From assembly GCA_964392285.1 (NCBI GenBank), contig CAYMOW010000002.1, forward strand, positions 1 through 64,000: a stretch of DNA of 64,000 nucleotides, given 5' to 3'. Positions 50,444 to 58,765 of this stretch are shown here, one piece after another. Source of the stretch: an uncultured Candidatus Saccharibacteria bacterium. Its GTDB lineage: Bacteria > Patescibacteriota > Minisyncoccia > Phycocordibacterales > WO2-35-19. Made by a program: the position numbers and the translations under genes. Under the pieces are notes generated by a model, which was not told the DNA's origin, did no database searches, and saw only the letters and a list, made by a program, of their open reading frames with translations. Positions within the stretch are counted from its first letter, which is position 1. Every line of letters begins with the position of its first letter.

Positions 50444-50707
50444 TTATTTTCTCTTGAGTCGATAAACCTCCAGCACTTCTTTGACCGCCTTGCTTTCGCT
50501 ACCCTTCTTCATCTGATGTACGACGCAAGTATTGAGATGGTTCTCAAGTAAAGCGTCCTCAACGCTCGAAAGCGCCCGTTTGACCGCCGAAGTCTGGGTA
50601 ATAACATCGATACAATAGACATCTCGGTCGATCATTTCTTGCAAACCTCTGACCTGACCTTCAATAATTTTGAGCCTCCTAATTATACGTGATTTGGGTG
50701 TAATCAT
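50444..50707 (-). CDS. csoR: CsoR-family copper-sensing repressor
   Basis: LKRLKIIEGQVRGLQEMIDRDVYCIDVITQTSAVKRALSSVEDALLENHL: the RcnR/CsoR fold with Cys and His ligands. Confidence 0.85.
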   Translation of the reverse strand: MITPKSRIIRRLKIIEGQVRGLQEMIDRDVYCIDVITQTSAVKRALSSVEDALLENHLNTCVVHQMKKGSESKAVKEVLEVYRLKRK

Positions 50708-50845
50708 ATTTTTGAAAATTGAAAATTATAAATTGATAATTCTATACTATACCCCCCTAGGGTATTAGTCAAGTCAAACCAAAACCACTTCTGGGGATAA
50801 TCCAAAAGTGGTTTTGGCCGGTTTCGGCTTTGGTCGAACCAGAGA

Positions 50846-51481
50846 TTAATTGGCTTTAGACAGAGCTTCTCTCAAAATCAGACGAAACTCATCAACCGAG
50901 CTGGGATTTTTTATTTGTTCACCATTCAGAAAGAAGCTCGGCGTGCCCTGTAAACCAGATTTGAGCGAGTGAACTCTCTGCGCCGAAACAAAATTCTTGA
51001 CTTCCTTGCTACGCCAATCGAGATTGAATTTTTCTACATCGAGATTCAAAAGTTTGGCATAGTTTTCAAAAAGCGGTGCAATATCGGAAACATTTGACCA
51101 CTCGTTCTGTTTTTCAAACAAAAGATCGTGCATCTCCCAGAACTTACCTTGGCGACCGGCAGCTTCCGCTACCCGAGCAGCAAACTCGGCGTTGGGATGG
51201 ATAGCATTGAGCGGAAAATGTCTGTAGACAAAAGCCACCTCATTGCCAAATTCGGCCGAGAGTTGTCGTAGGACTGGATAATAAGCCCGACAAGCCGGAC
51301 ATTGAAAGTCGCTGTATTCCATAAGCACTACCTTAGCCTCCTTGTTGCCTTTTATATTATCGAGTGGATGCAAAACTCCCTTTTCAAAAGGTGGCTCAAT
51401 CTTGGGTCCACCACCAAAACTCGCAAGCAAAACGATACCAACCACAACCAACACACCAACTATCCAATAAGTTTTTTTCAT
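50846..51481 (-). CDS. DsbA-family thiol:disulfide oxidoreductase, membrane anchored
   Basis: N-terminal TM, and KVVLMEYSDFQCPACRAYYP (the CPxC active site). Confidence 0.8.
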   Translation of the reverse strand: MKKTYWIVGVLVVVGIVLLASFGGGPKIEPPFEKGVLHPLDNIKGNKEAKVVLMEYSDFQCPACRAYYPVLRQLSAEFGNEVAFVYRHFPLNAIHPNAEFAARVAEAAGRQGKFWEMHDLLFEKQNEWSNVSDIAPLFENYAKLLNLDVEKFNLDWRSKEVKNFVSAQRVHSLKSGLQGTPSFFLNGEQIKNPSSVDEFRLILREALSKAN

Positions 51482-51552
51482 TTTATTTTCGGTTGATTTT
51501 CTATAATTCTCCTATTTTACCACTTCCCCAAAACTTTGCTAGCCAAAAAATA

Positions 51553-51999
51553 TCAAAAATAAATAAGATACCAGACTAGGAGTGCCAAGGCGCCCCACCA
51601 ACCAAGGTCAGAAAAAATAAGACTGACTATTATTTTGTTCTGCCAAGAAGCGGGCAAAAGCTCCTCCGCTCGACCCTCCCTCTCTTTTTTCAAAAGATAT
51701 GGGCTGACGCGAAAAGATAAAAACAAGCCATTGAGTATGAGCACGATAGCAATCAGAGCCAAGTACATTGGCAGACCAACAAAAGGTTCGCTCCTAAAAA
51801 ATATACCGCCCCCGATAATCGCAAGAAAAATACCCGCCCAAATCATCGGCTTAGTGACTTTGTGGGTGCGCGTGGTAGCCTCGGTCCAGTAATTTGATTT
51901 TCGCCCTAAAAATCCATGAATATCAATCACCGTCACAGCTCCAAGTCCAACCACAAACCCAGCGACAAGCAAGAACAATCCGATGAAATCAAGAATCAT
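51553..51999 (-). CDS. hypothetical membrane protein (4 TM, no cysteines; not DsbB/VKOR)
   Basis: Hydrophobic ORF; Cys-free, so unlikely to be the DsbA redox partner. Confidence 0.45.
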   Translation of the reverse strand: MILDFIGLFLLVAGFVVGLGAVTVIDIHGFLGRKSNYWTEATTRTHKVTKPMIWAGIFLAIIGGGIFFRSEPFVGLPMYLALIAIVLILNGLFLSFRVSPYLLKKEREGRAEELLPASWQNKIIVSLIFSDLGWWGALALLVWYLIYF

Positions 52000-52050
52000 A
52001 AACTTATAATAACACCAAACTAGTTAGTAAAAAATTCTCAAACTCACAAA

Positions 52051-52467
52051 CTAAGAGTTGAGGTAAGTAATGGTCAATTGCAAAACAGTGGCAAAAGAGA
52101 CCCACAAGAGATATGGAATGTTCGCATAAACTACCCACCTCAGATCACTAGAACCTTGAGGCACAAGTCGCCATATTAGGACCATCCCCCAGACCAAAGT
52201 AGCCAGAACCAGCAAAATATCGATCGAGGCCAAAAGATTGTTTTGCAGACCAAATTGAATCGGTGTAAAAGCAAAATTAAAAAACAGATTCAAAACAAAA
52301 GGCAACGCCACAAATCGCGGAATCTTGCGCTTCAAGGCAGAGTAAAAGACTTTACCAAAAGAAATGGCAATGATGGCATAAAGTACCGTCCACACCGGAC
52401 CAAAGACCCAACTCGGCGGCGCCCAAGATGGTTTGATCAAATCTATATACTTAGTTGTTTCGTTCAT
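52051..52467 (-). CDS. tspO: TspO/MBR-family tryptophan-rich sensory protein
   Basis: PSWAPPSWVFGPVWTVLYAIIAISFG: the canonical TspO N-terminus and a 5-TM layout. Confidence 0.85.
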   Translation of the reverse strand: MNETTKYIDLIKPSWAPPSWVFGPVWTVLYAIIAISFGKVFYSALKRKIPRFVALPFVLNLFFNFAFTPIQFGLQNNLLASIDILLVLATLVWGMVLIWRLVPQGSSDLRWVVYANIPYLLWVSFATVLQLTITYLNS

Positions 52468-52515
52468 GTTATTTTATAACTTACATAAATTTGATAGTAT
52501 TGTGATGATTTGAGT

Positions 52516-53346
52516 TTACGCCGTGTTGAGAGATACCGCAACTTTTGCTTTCAAATATTCGCCGACTATAACATCGATTCCTACTGGATTTTTATACCAA
52601 GAATCTCGTTTATATTGATCTCCCGTACCGCAATTTACACGAATCAACCTAGCATCATCGGGAAGATATTTTTTGAAATGAGCCCAACCCCTTCTTTGGG
52701 TATAAGGAGAATTCACCAAAACGATTGAATTGTAAGAAATTCCTTTTTCATCAAGAATATTTAACGAACTCCTTACATTATCAGGGACAGTAATTGATTT
52801 GTCTTCAATAATAATTGCTTTTTCTGGCACACCTTTATCCATGGCCATTTGAGCATAAACTTCTGCCTCGGTCGGAGCAGAGCCCTCTCCATAATACGGA
52901 CCTCGACCACTGACGACAATAGTTTGTGATATCTCTTGTTTATAAAGCTCAATAGCTTTTTCAATTCTAAATGGAGTTTTGGCACCAAAAACAAATATCA
53001 AATCCGATTTTTCTGGCACATCTTCCTCGGCAAGATAATCGTAAACACTGTTAAGTACTTCTACGTCTTCGGGTAACAATTCTTTGTTAAGAATCTTGCC
53101 TTTTAACTGCCCTACAATACCTTTTCCTTTTTCTAACAAATTTTCATTACCTACGTCTTCTTTTGAATATGTCGTGGCCAAAATTTGAGCATCCAAACCA
53201 AAATGTTCAGCCAGTTTAATCAATGGAGAAAAATCAAAATAATGAAGTTCTTCCTTTCCTTTAGGAAAACCTCTTTTTGCTTCCGCATCGAGGATAGTCT
53301 TGAGTTCTTCTGAGTTTGGCAGTTGACTAAAATTATCTCTTTTCAT
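52516..53346 (-). CDS. DUF218/YdcF-ElyC-like domain protein
   Basis: LIFVFGAK...IVVSGRG...EAEVYAQMAMDKGVPEKAIIIEDKSITVPDNVRSS...LVNSPYTQRR. Confidence 0.6.
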   Translation of the reverse strand: MKRDNFSQLPNSEELKTILDAEAKRGFPKGKEELHYFDFSPLIKLAEHFGLDAQILATTYSKEDVGNENLLEKGKGIVGQLKGKILNKELLPEDVEVLNSVYDYLAEEDVPEKSDLIFVFGAKTPFRIEKAIELYKQEISQTIVVSGRGPYYGEGSAPTEAEVYAQMAMDKGVPEKAIIIEDKSITVPDNVRSSLNILDEKGISYNSIVLVNSPYTQRRGWAHFKKYLPDDARLIRVNCGTGDQYKRDSWYKNPVGIDVIVGEYLKAKVAVSLNTA

Positions 53347-53410
53347 CTCTTACATTATAGACTAATATTATACGATTAAATTTTGCTAGTTGTTTGAGAG
53401 AGTATACAGA

Positions 53411-54229
53411 CTATTTTAGACCAAGTACCTTTTCAACAAAAGGCTTAAATTTATTGAACTCTGCAGCAACATCTGGGCCTATCTCCACTATCGACTCTTC
53501 ATATTTTATTTCTTTTTTTAAACTTCTTTCTACATAATCGTCGTGGATTTCCCCCAACCATGCAGATAGTTTAAAAATAGAATAAAACAGCCAATGTAAG
53601 TTTCCGCCACAATTCTCAGCAGCAGGGACTTGCATAAGATTCGATAATAATCGAAATCTTTTTCTTAATTTATGAAATTGTTCTATTGGAAGATTGTTTG
53701 CCTGTACTAGTGTTGCAATGTGATCTAAAATACTTTTCGCATATTTTTTGAATTCTTCTGTATCTATAAAATTTACTGAAAAATCTAGGTCGCTCAAACT
53801 ATCTAAAATACCTTCCCTAATTTCTGGTTGAGATGATATCCAGTAACTGTCATTGTACTCACCCAAAAGAAACAAAAAGTGATTTAATTTTTCTCCACAT
53901 TTATGGCTGGTGTCGGTAAATCTATATAGAGCTTTCAGGATCAGCCCATAACGCCTAACCTGTTTTAAATAAGAAAAGCTTTCTTCATTTGCTTCAAGTT
54001 TAATTTCTCGTACAAACCTCTCCTTATCAAAAATAAATTCAAATGCTTTTCTTGCTTCTTCAAAAATATGTTCACGATATTGTTTATCTTCAAAAATATT
54101 TGAAAAATCAACTTCATCAGGATTCAATTCTGGTCTTGTTCTAATATCAAAAAAACGAGAGACCAGGATTGGTTCAGTCTGTATGTTCTCTAAATTATTT
54201 TTCATATTTGATATATTATCAGGATTCAA
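53411..54229 (-). CDS. hypothetical protein (272 aa), AT-rich
   Basis: ORF only; I recognise no family. Confidence 0.4.
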   Translation of the reverse strand: MNPDNISNMKNNLENIQTEPILVSRFFDIRTRPELNPDEVDFSNIFEDKQYREHIFEEARKAFEFIFDKERFVREIKLEANEESFSYLKQVRRYGLILKALYRFTDTSHKCGEKLNHFLFLLGEYNDSYWISSQPEIREGILDSLSDLDFSVNFIDTEEFKKYAKSILDHIATLVQANNLPIEQFHKLRKRFRLLSNLMQVPAAENCGGNLHWLFYSIFKLSAWLGEIHDDYVERSLKKEIKYEESIVEIGPDVAAEFNKFKPFVEKVLGLK

Positions 54230-54417
54230 AATTGTTAGATAGGTATCAATTTTACGTTGTAAATACTACTAAAGTCTAGGGTTATCCGTCCAAAGGAGCA
54301 CCTAAACAGAACCGAGATCAATATAACAGAAAACTCACTGAGCGACGAGTTCCTGTAATACAGACCAACTTGTGTATTGAAATCATGGACTGGCCCAATC
54401 TCCAAATTTATGACTAC

Positions 54418-54452
54418 CAAAACCGCTCCGCCCTTCAGAGCGGTTTTGATTT
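54418..54452 (+). terminator. intrinsic terminator closing a roughly 180-nt leader upstream of the 54518 gene (possible attenuator/riboswitch)
   Basis: AAAACCGCTC-CGCCCTTCA-GAGCGGTTTT followed by GATTTGTTCT. The upstream 54270..54417 contains CTAGGGTTATCCG...GAACCGAGA. Confidence 0.45.
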
Positions 54453-54517
54453 GTTCTAAAAGATAGCTCGTTCTTCAATCGATGGACAAATTAAAAAGGC
54501 GCGAATAGAATAGAAAC

Positions 54518-54991
54518 ATGTATAAAAAAATTCCTAATTTTATTTTATATGGAGCCACGGCGGTCTTGGGTCTCATTGTCCTCGCCTTATGTATTTTTGC
54601 CTTGCCTTCGATGTGGCGAAATGGCCCACTTGAATTTCCCGAGGCTAGCTTGGCAGTGCGACTCATCGTAATCGGTTTGTATGCGACCACTATTCCCTTT
54701 TTTATCGGTCTTTGGCATGTCTTCAAATTCCTCCGCTATGTGAGCAAAGATATGGGCTTTTCTGACCTAGCGATAAAAGCCTTACACAATATAAAATACT
54801 GTGCCCTCATAATAGGAGTTATGTGTATGATTGGCGTGCCACTTTTGCTCCCAATCGCCGAGGCCGATGATGCTCCCGGGCTTCTTGTAGTCGGATTTGC
54901 AATCGCTTGCGCACCTTTCGTCATTGCTTCATTTATCGAAATTCTACAAAGGCTTTTGAGAATTGGGATGAAAAAATCTGGGATAAAATAA
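54518..54991 (+). CDS. small membrane protein (4 TM), DUF2975-like
   Basis: MYKKIPNFILYGATAVLGLIVLALCIFALP..., a hydrophobic 157-aa ORF preceded by the leader/terminator. Confidence 0.55.
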   Translation: MYKKIPNFILYGATAVLGLIVLALCIFALPSMWRNGPLEFPEASLAVRLIVIGLYATTIPFFIGLWHVFKFLRYVSKDMGFSDLAIKALHNIKYCALIIGVMCMIGVPLLLPIAEADDAPGLLVVGFAIACAPFVIASFIEILQRLLRIGMKKSGIK

Positions 54992-55056
54992 AAAAGCGCC
55001 CGCAAAGGTATGTAAACCCCTACTGGCGCAAACCCCACGGATTCAAATCGCACGGT

Positions 55057-55794
55057 TCACCCCTTATAGAGAATGAACCATTGGTGCTCAAACGGGAACC
55101 TGATCACTCCCCGCGTGCACTCTTTGCCAAAGTATTCCGCCAGATAGGCGGGCACCGCTGGCGCAGAGATAAATCTCTCGTAGCGGTCCTTTTCTGCGTT
55201 ACTGTAAACAAAAGCTAGGGCTTCCATGACTTCGTTGATGCTTTCTGAGGTTACAAGAGTCGGAACCATATGCTCTTGAATTACACAGAAATTGGTCCGC
55301 AAGAACCACCTCAATCCATCAAGCCCCTCCCGATTGACAGGAAACCGCTCGAGCGAACTCCAATCAAGCAAATCGCTCCAATGCCCTTGTTCATCATTGA
55401 ATGTAACGACGACGAGATGACCACCCTTCGCGACCATCCGATGAGCCTCCCGGACGAAGTGCTCTCGCGTCGCCGTGATGTTGGGCAAAGAGTGCGAAAT
55501 CAACACCAGGTCGAACTGCTCGCTTGGGGAAGTACCGACAACCTCAGGAAAAAAGCCTTCCACAACATTGATACCTTGCCCCGTGAGGCGCGATACAAAA
55601 TTCTTGCTCGCCTCGATTGCCCTATAGTGAGGCACCAAATTAGAAAGTGGTAGAGCAAGACTTCCATCCCCCGCCCCGATGTCCAGCAAAGACGCCGGCT
55701 TGAACGTGCTAATAATTTGCGTGAGGTACCGGATGAAAACCGCCTTCTCGTCGGTACACGCAAGAAAACGACCAAAACTCTCTTCATAGCTCAT
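55057..55794 (-). CDS. class I SAM-dependent methyltransferase
   Basis: LLDIGAGDGSLA (motif I) and the acidic loop DLVLISHSL. Start moved to ATG 55794 (MSYEESF), which has a CTAGGAG RBS. Confidence 0.7.
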   Translation of the reverse strand: MSYEESFGRFLACTDEKAVFIRYLTQIISTFKPASLLDIGAGDGSLALPLSNLVPHYRAIEASKNFVSRLTGQGINVVEGFFPEVVGTSPSEQFDLVLISHSLPNITATREHFVREAHRMVAKGGHLVVVTFNDEQGHWSDLLDWSSLERFPVNREGLDGLRWFLRTNFCVIQEHMVPTLVTSESINEVMEALAFVYSNAEKDRYERFISAPAVPAYLAEYFGKECTRGVIRFPFEHQWFILYKG

Positions 55795-55836
55795 AAGTAC
55801 TCCTAGCAAGCACCCTAGCATTTCTGAAATTTATTT

Positions 55837-55989
55837 TCAATTCGATGAAATAAAAAAATATATACCTATAATAACACCAAAAGAAATCGCGATGATGGCA
55901 TAAAGTACTGTCCACACCGGACCAAAGATCCAACTCGGCGGCGCCCAATCCGGTCTAATCAAATTCAAATACCTTGTTGCTTCGTTCAT
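55837..55989 (-). pseudogene. tspO: truncated duplicate of the tspO 5' end (51 codons)
   Basis: Encodes MNEATRYLNLIRPDWAPPSWIFGPVWTVLYAIIAISFG... then diverges and stops. The DNA is about 88% identical to 52351..52470. Confidence 0.7.
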
Positions 55990-56018
55990 ATTGTTTTGTA
56001 TTAATTTGAAATTTTAAA

Positions 56019-56330
56019 TCACTTTTTAGGTTTACCTAGGCCCGTGGTAGTGACGAATTGTTCCATATAATTCAAGTAATCCTGACTTCCAACTTGTATT
56101 TTCAAATCATCAAAAGCCTCTTTCAGAATTTGCGAAGCGTCTTCCATATTCAAGGCTGGCTCGTAAGAATCATCTTCTGCCCCATCACCTTCTTCATCTT
56201 TTGACTTACCAAACAAATTCTGCCGCATTCTCTTTTCGAGATATGCTCGCGCATCCCTTTCCGCTCGTTCGTTTATCTCCCTCAACCGGTCCGCACCACC
56301 TTCCAAACTTGGTTTAATAGGTTCTTCCAT
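56019..56330 (-). CDS. hypothetical acidic protein (103 aa)
   Basis: ORF; charged and helical; no family recognised. Confidence 0.4.
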   Translation of the reverse strand: MEEPIKPSLEGGADRLREINERAERDARAYLEKRMRQNLFGKSKDEEGDGAEDDSYEPALNMEDASQILKEAFDDLKIQVGSQDYLNYMEQFVTTTGLGKPKK

Positions 56331-56407
56331 ATTTCTTATATTAGGATTAAATTTTGCTGGCCATCTGGTACGAAGTCGGAACAGTTCTATGTATTTAATT
56401 CAAGTTT

Positions 56408-57493
56408 TTACCTGCCTATTTGTTCTCGCAACATTTTAATAAGTTCGGTTACAAGTTGTGAGTCATATTTGCCACTAACTTCTTTTGTTCTAGGTTCAGA
56501 AAATAGTATATCTAAACCTTTATCAAGAATTTTCTCCCCTCTCTCTTTGTGGGTAGTAATAAGGTTGTTCATAGTATTCATTGATGAATACTTAAACATA
56601 TAATTATTATAAAGTCGTTTGTGAAATAAAAACTGATTGGCAGCAAAAAGGGTTAGGTACGCGGGCACAATTAAACTAGTTATACGCAATATAGCCATAC
56701 CAACTTTTATTTCCTGAGTTTTTGTTGCTGCTTTAATAATGAATTCGTATGTTACCCATCCGGTCATAAAAGCAAAAATAAACGAGGCTAGAAGCCATAG
56801 CCAACTACCACCCAAATCATATTCAGAAGGAAATTTCTTCATTTTTTCTTTTATAGATTCAGGAGCATTATTTTTGCCTATCCAAGCACGAATTGTTTTA
56901 TGTTCACGAGCCATATCATGGAATGCTTCAGCTTGTTCCTCTATTGTTTTTCCGTTAATGTCGCGCCGAATATGTAACCATTTCTCTGCTCCACCGATTG
57001 CTTCTTGTATGTCAGTAGATTTAGTAGCAAGTGAATTAGCAACACTTTCTGCCTCTGTAAAACGATTTATTTTTTGAACAAGAATGCTTTCAGCAATTTT
57101 TGCAGCATTTAAATCTACATATATACCAGTGTTCTTAATCGAGGAGTTAAGTGAGTGCAATTGCGATACCGCATTATGATGTTGGGTGGTAATTTGATCA
57201 TAACCAAGAGTGGGTAAACCATGATTGTTATAAGAATTTATAAATCCAGATAACTGATTGTCGATGTTTCTAATATCAAGCGGTGAAGCTGAATCAAGAA
57301 CAGAAATGTTAGTTTTGATATCTTGCAAAAGATTAACCACAATTTGTACCAAGTGTTGGACATCTTCGGGAGTTAAATTATTCCAATTTTGTATACTAGG
57401 ATTTTTGGAGTACAACTTACTAAGATCAAATTTTAAAATCTGATCAATTTTTTCCAATATCTGTGCTTTTACTTCTGAGGTTGCCATCTGCAA
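56408..57493 (-). CDS. hypothetical protein with a soluble N-terminal domain and a C-terminal 2-TM module (SLATT-like effector architecture?)
   Basis: About 230-aa soluble region, then WLWLLASFIFAFMTGWVTYEFII and MAILRITSLIVPAYLTLFAANQFLF, plus a roughly 80-aa tail; AT-rich. Confidence 0.5.
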   Translation of the reverse strand: MQMATSEVKAQILEKIDQILKFDLSKLYSKNPSIQNWNNLTPEDVQHLVQIVVNLLQDIKTNISVLDSASPLDIRNIDNQLSGFINSYNNHGLPTLGYDQITTQHHNAVSQLHSLNSSIKNTGIYVDLNAAKIAESILVQKINRFTEAESVANSLATKSTDIQEAIGGAEKWLHIRRDINGKTIEEQAEAFHDMAREHKTIRAWIGKNNAPESIKEKMKKFPSEYDLGGSWLWLLASFIFAFMTGWVTYEFIIKAATKTQEIKVGMAILRITSLIVPAYLTLFAANQFLFHKRLYNNYMFKYSSMNTMNNLITTHKERGEKILDKGLDILFSEPRTKEVSGKYDSQLVTELIKMLREQIGR

Positions 57494-57956
57494 TTATAGT
57501 TTCTATTATTCTTAATTTGTTTTTAAAATTATCTCCAACCTCTACAACTTCTAGTAGTAAATTCGTATCTTGAAACAACTGTTTTTTAAAGTGGTCGGAA
57601 CTAATTCGTTTGGGGTCAAGGTGCGATTTGCCATTAAGTTCTATAGCAAAGATGGGTTTAAAATACTCGTTGCACACAAGAAAGTCAACATGCCGAGACC
57701 AGATTTTATTCCGCCATTTATAATCTGAATTTGTTGGTTCGATAAAATCTATAATTCTTGTTTTTGGGAAAATATGATATTCAGGCGGCAAAGACTTTTT
57801 GAGTTCAAAAAATAGAGCTTCCTCACTCTTATTGAAAAAATTTTGTCTTAGTTTGTAAGGTAATTTTTCTTCACCACTTTCAAACTTTAAGCCTTTAAAA
57901 ATAGCCAGCAAAATTACAAGAACAATTATTGCTATAGCAAAATAAATCATAACCAA
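57444..57956 (-). CDS. membrane-anchored DUF2726-like (restriction-endonuclease-fold/NERD-like) protein
   Basis: N-terminal TM, and HVDFLVCN...PIFAIELNGKSH (a D...E-x-K-like motif). Confidence 0.5.
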   Translation of the reverse strand: MVMIYFAIAIIVLVILLAIFKGLKFESGEEKLPYKLRQNFFNKSEEALFFELKKSLPPEYHIFPKTRIIDFIEPTNSDYKWRNKIWSRHVDFLVCNEYFKPIFAIELNGKSHLDPKRISSDHFKKQLFQDTNLLLEVVEVGDNFKNKLRIIETIIADGNLRSKSTDIGKN

Positions 57957-57968
57957 ATTATATCACTT

Positions 57969-58211
57969 CTATTCTTGTGTATTTTCTCCCGGCACAGGTA
58001 TCTTGTTTCTCCTAAAGTATTCCTCGTCAAAATTTTCGTCTGGATACCTAACACCTTCTTTTCTGGTGTTTCTCTCAATCCTTTCCAAAATCCTTATCGC
58101 TTTATTTACTTTCCAATACCAAGTCAAAATTTCTCTTATTAAAAAGAAGAATATTATTCCTCCGATAAGATATACGAGAGAGTCGCTAGATAAAAGATTA
58201 TTTAAATTCAT
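57969..58211 (-). CDS. hypothetical small membrane protein (80 aa)
   Basis: ORF with a single TM. Confidence 0.35.
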   Translation of the reverse strand: MNLNNLLSSDSLVYLIGGIIFFFLIREILTWYWKVNKAIRILERIERNTRKEGVRYPDENFDEEYFRRNKIPVPGENTQE

Positions 58212-58261
58212 ATTTCTTCAGTTGTGGTTTAAATATATCATAAAAACAGAAAACCCCCACA

Positions 58262-58531
58262 TCAAACAGATCTAATAAGGCTTAATTTCTTTTCCCTCTT
58301 CCATCCTTTGATTTCTGTTTCTCTTCTTCTTGCTTCAATAAGAGTTTTAAATCCTTCAGAGTATCTCAGGATAACCGGTCTACGAATTTTGGTGTAATGA
58401 GCGCCAGATTTGGAGTTGTTGTGTTGATCCAATCTTCGTTCTAAATCATTTGTGCAACCGACGTAAAAGGATCCATCTGCACATTCTAAGATGTAGGTGA
58501 AGTATTGCATGAGATTTGAAGATACTTCCAC
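58262..58531 (-). CDS. GIY-YIG nuclease-domain protein (UPF0213-like)
   Basis: YFTYILECADGSFYVGCTNDLERRLDQHN...TLIEARRRETEIKGWKREKK. Confidence 0.75.
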   Translation of the reverse strand: MEVSSNLMQYFTYILECADGSFYVGCTNDLERRLDQHNNSKSGAHYTKIRRPVILRYSEGFKTLIEARRRETEIKGWKREKKLSLIRSV

Positions 58532-58612
58532 TTCGCTTTGCTCAGTGTCAGTACCTTCGTCTCAGTTTATTTCCTCGTGCCGAAGGCCCTGAGGAGCTAT
58601 TGCGACGAAGGG

Positions 58613-58683
58613 CTGCGGGACTTGGGCTCGAACCAAGATTAACGGATTCAGAGTCCGCTGTCCTACCATTAGACGATCCCGCA
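58613..58683 (-). tRNA. tRNA-Gln (CTG)
   Basis: Reverse complement TGCGGGATCGTCTAATGGTAGGACAGCGGA-CTCTGAA-TCCGTTAATCTTGGTTCGAGCCCAAGTCCCGCA. Confidence 0.75.
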
Positions 58684-58765
58684 ATGTTCTGTATAAAAAT
58701 ACCCTGAAATCAGATAAAATTCAACGTCTGGACGATTTTTTCAACACACAGGTTGAGCCTGTGTG

